NCBI GenBank assembly: GCA_009914755.4
Contig: CP068257.2
Location: 41,952,001-42,016,000 of the forward strand
From: the human T2T-CHM13v2.0 reference genome, Homo sapiens
Direction of reading: 5' to 3'
DNA length: 64,000 nt
Positions 63,825 through 64,000 of this stretch are shown piece by piece. A program made the position numbers and the translations under genes. Below the pieces are notes generated by a model. That model ran no database searches. It was not told the origin of the DNA and saw nothing but the letters and a program-made list of their open reading frames with translations. The stretch's first letter is position 1. Each line of letters starts with the position of its first letter.

Positions 63825-64000
63825 GGCCGGGCGCGGTGTCTCACGCATGTAATCCCAGCACTCTGGGAAGCCGAGGCGGGCGGATCACCTGAGGTCGGGA
63901 GTTCGAGACCAGCCGGACCAACATGGTGAAACCCCGGCTCTACTAAAAATACAGAATTAGCCGGGCATGGTGGCGCATGCCTGTAATCTCAGTACTCGGG
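63825..64000 (+). mobile_element. Alu (AluY-like), continuing past the window end
   Basis: ggccgggcgcggtgtctcacgcatgtaatcccagcactctgggaagccgaggcgggcggatcacctgaggtcgggagttcgagaccagccggaccaacatggtgaaaccccggctctactaaaaatacagaattagccgggcatggtggcgcatgcctgtaatctcag. Confidence 0.9.

Overview
This window is human genomic DNA, not prokaryotic. No CRISPR array, operon or defence system is present. It carries a head-to-head gene pair on chr21q22.3: the 5' portion of HSF2BP on the minus strand and exon 1 of RRP1B on the plus strand, sharing a bidirectional CpG-island promoter.

HSF2BP coding exons 1-5 were placed by exact match of the conceptual translation to the HSF2BP protein as I recall it, with canonical splice sites: 61604-61639, 60130-60280, 47832-47935, 36816-36965, 33866-33998. 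The first coding exon of RRP1B is at 63208-63337 (MAPAMQPAEIQFAQRLASSEKGIRDRAVKKLRQYISVKTQRET, then a GT donor). The CpG island spans about 61250-63700.

The remaining ~60 kb is HSF2BP intron, more than half interspersed repeats: about 47 Alu copies, five L1 fragments (all plus strand, antisense to HSF2BP), a near-full-length Tigger1 DNA transposon with a transposase remnant, a MaLR LTR, and several simple or complex tandem repeats. The last group includes a 1.7-kb CA-rich complex repeat, a 20-bp-unit CACACGCTCC minisatellite, a 27-bp minisatellite and a 51-bp perfect tandem duplication.

The supplied ORF track uses TTG/CTG/GTG as starts, so almost all long ORFs are artefacts: His/Thr-rich or Cys/Val-rich translations of CA repeats, GC-rich read-through in the CpG island, and Alu/L1 remnants. 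Only the HSF2BP and RRP1B exons are supported as host coding sequence.

Observations worth a second look:
- An Alu inserted with target-site duplication (TSD) between the two TSSs of the bidirectional promoter.
- Candidate unannotated non-coding 5' exons (strong plus-strand donors at 61895 and 62505, acceptor at 63110).
- A start-overlapping uORF on RRP1B.
- The HSF2BP exon-5 donor lying 7 bp from a Tigger1 terminus.
- An inverted Alu right-arm hairpin at 52606-52995.
- A 190-bp direct repeat bracketing a tandem Alu pair.
- A strong antisense orientation bias of retroelements in the HSF2BP introns.
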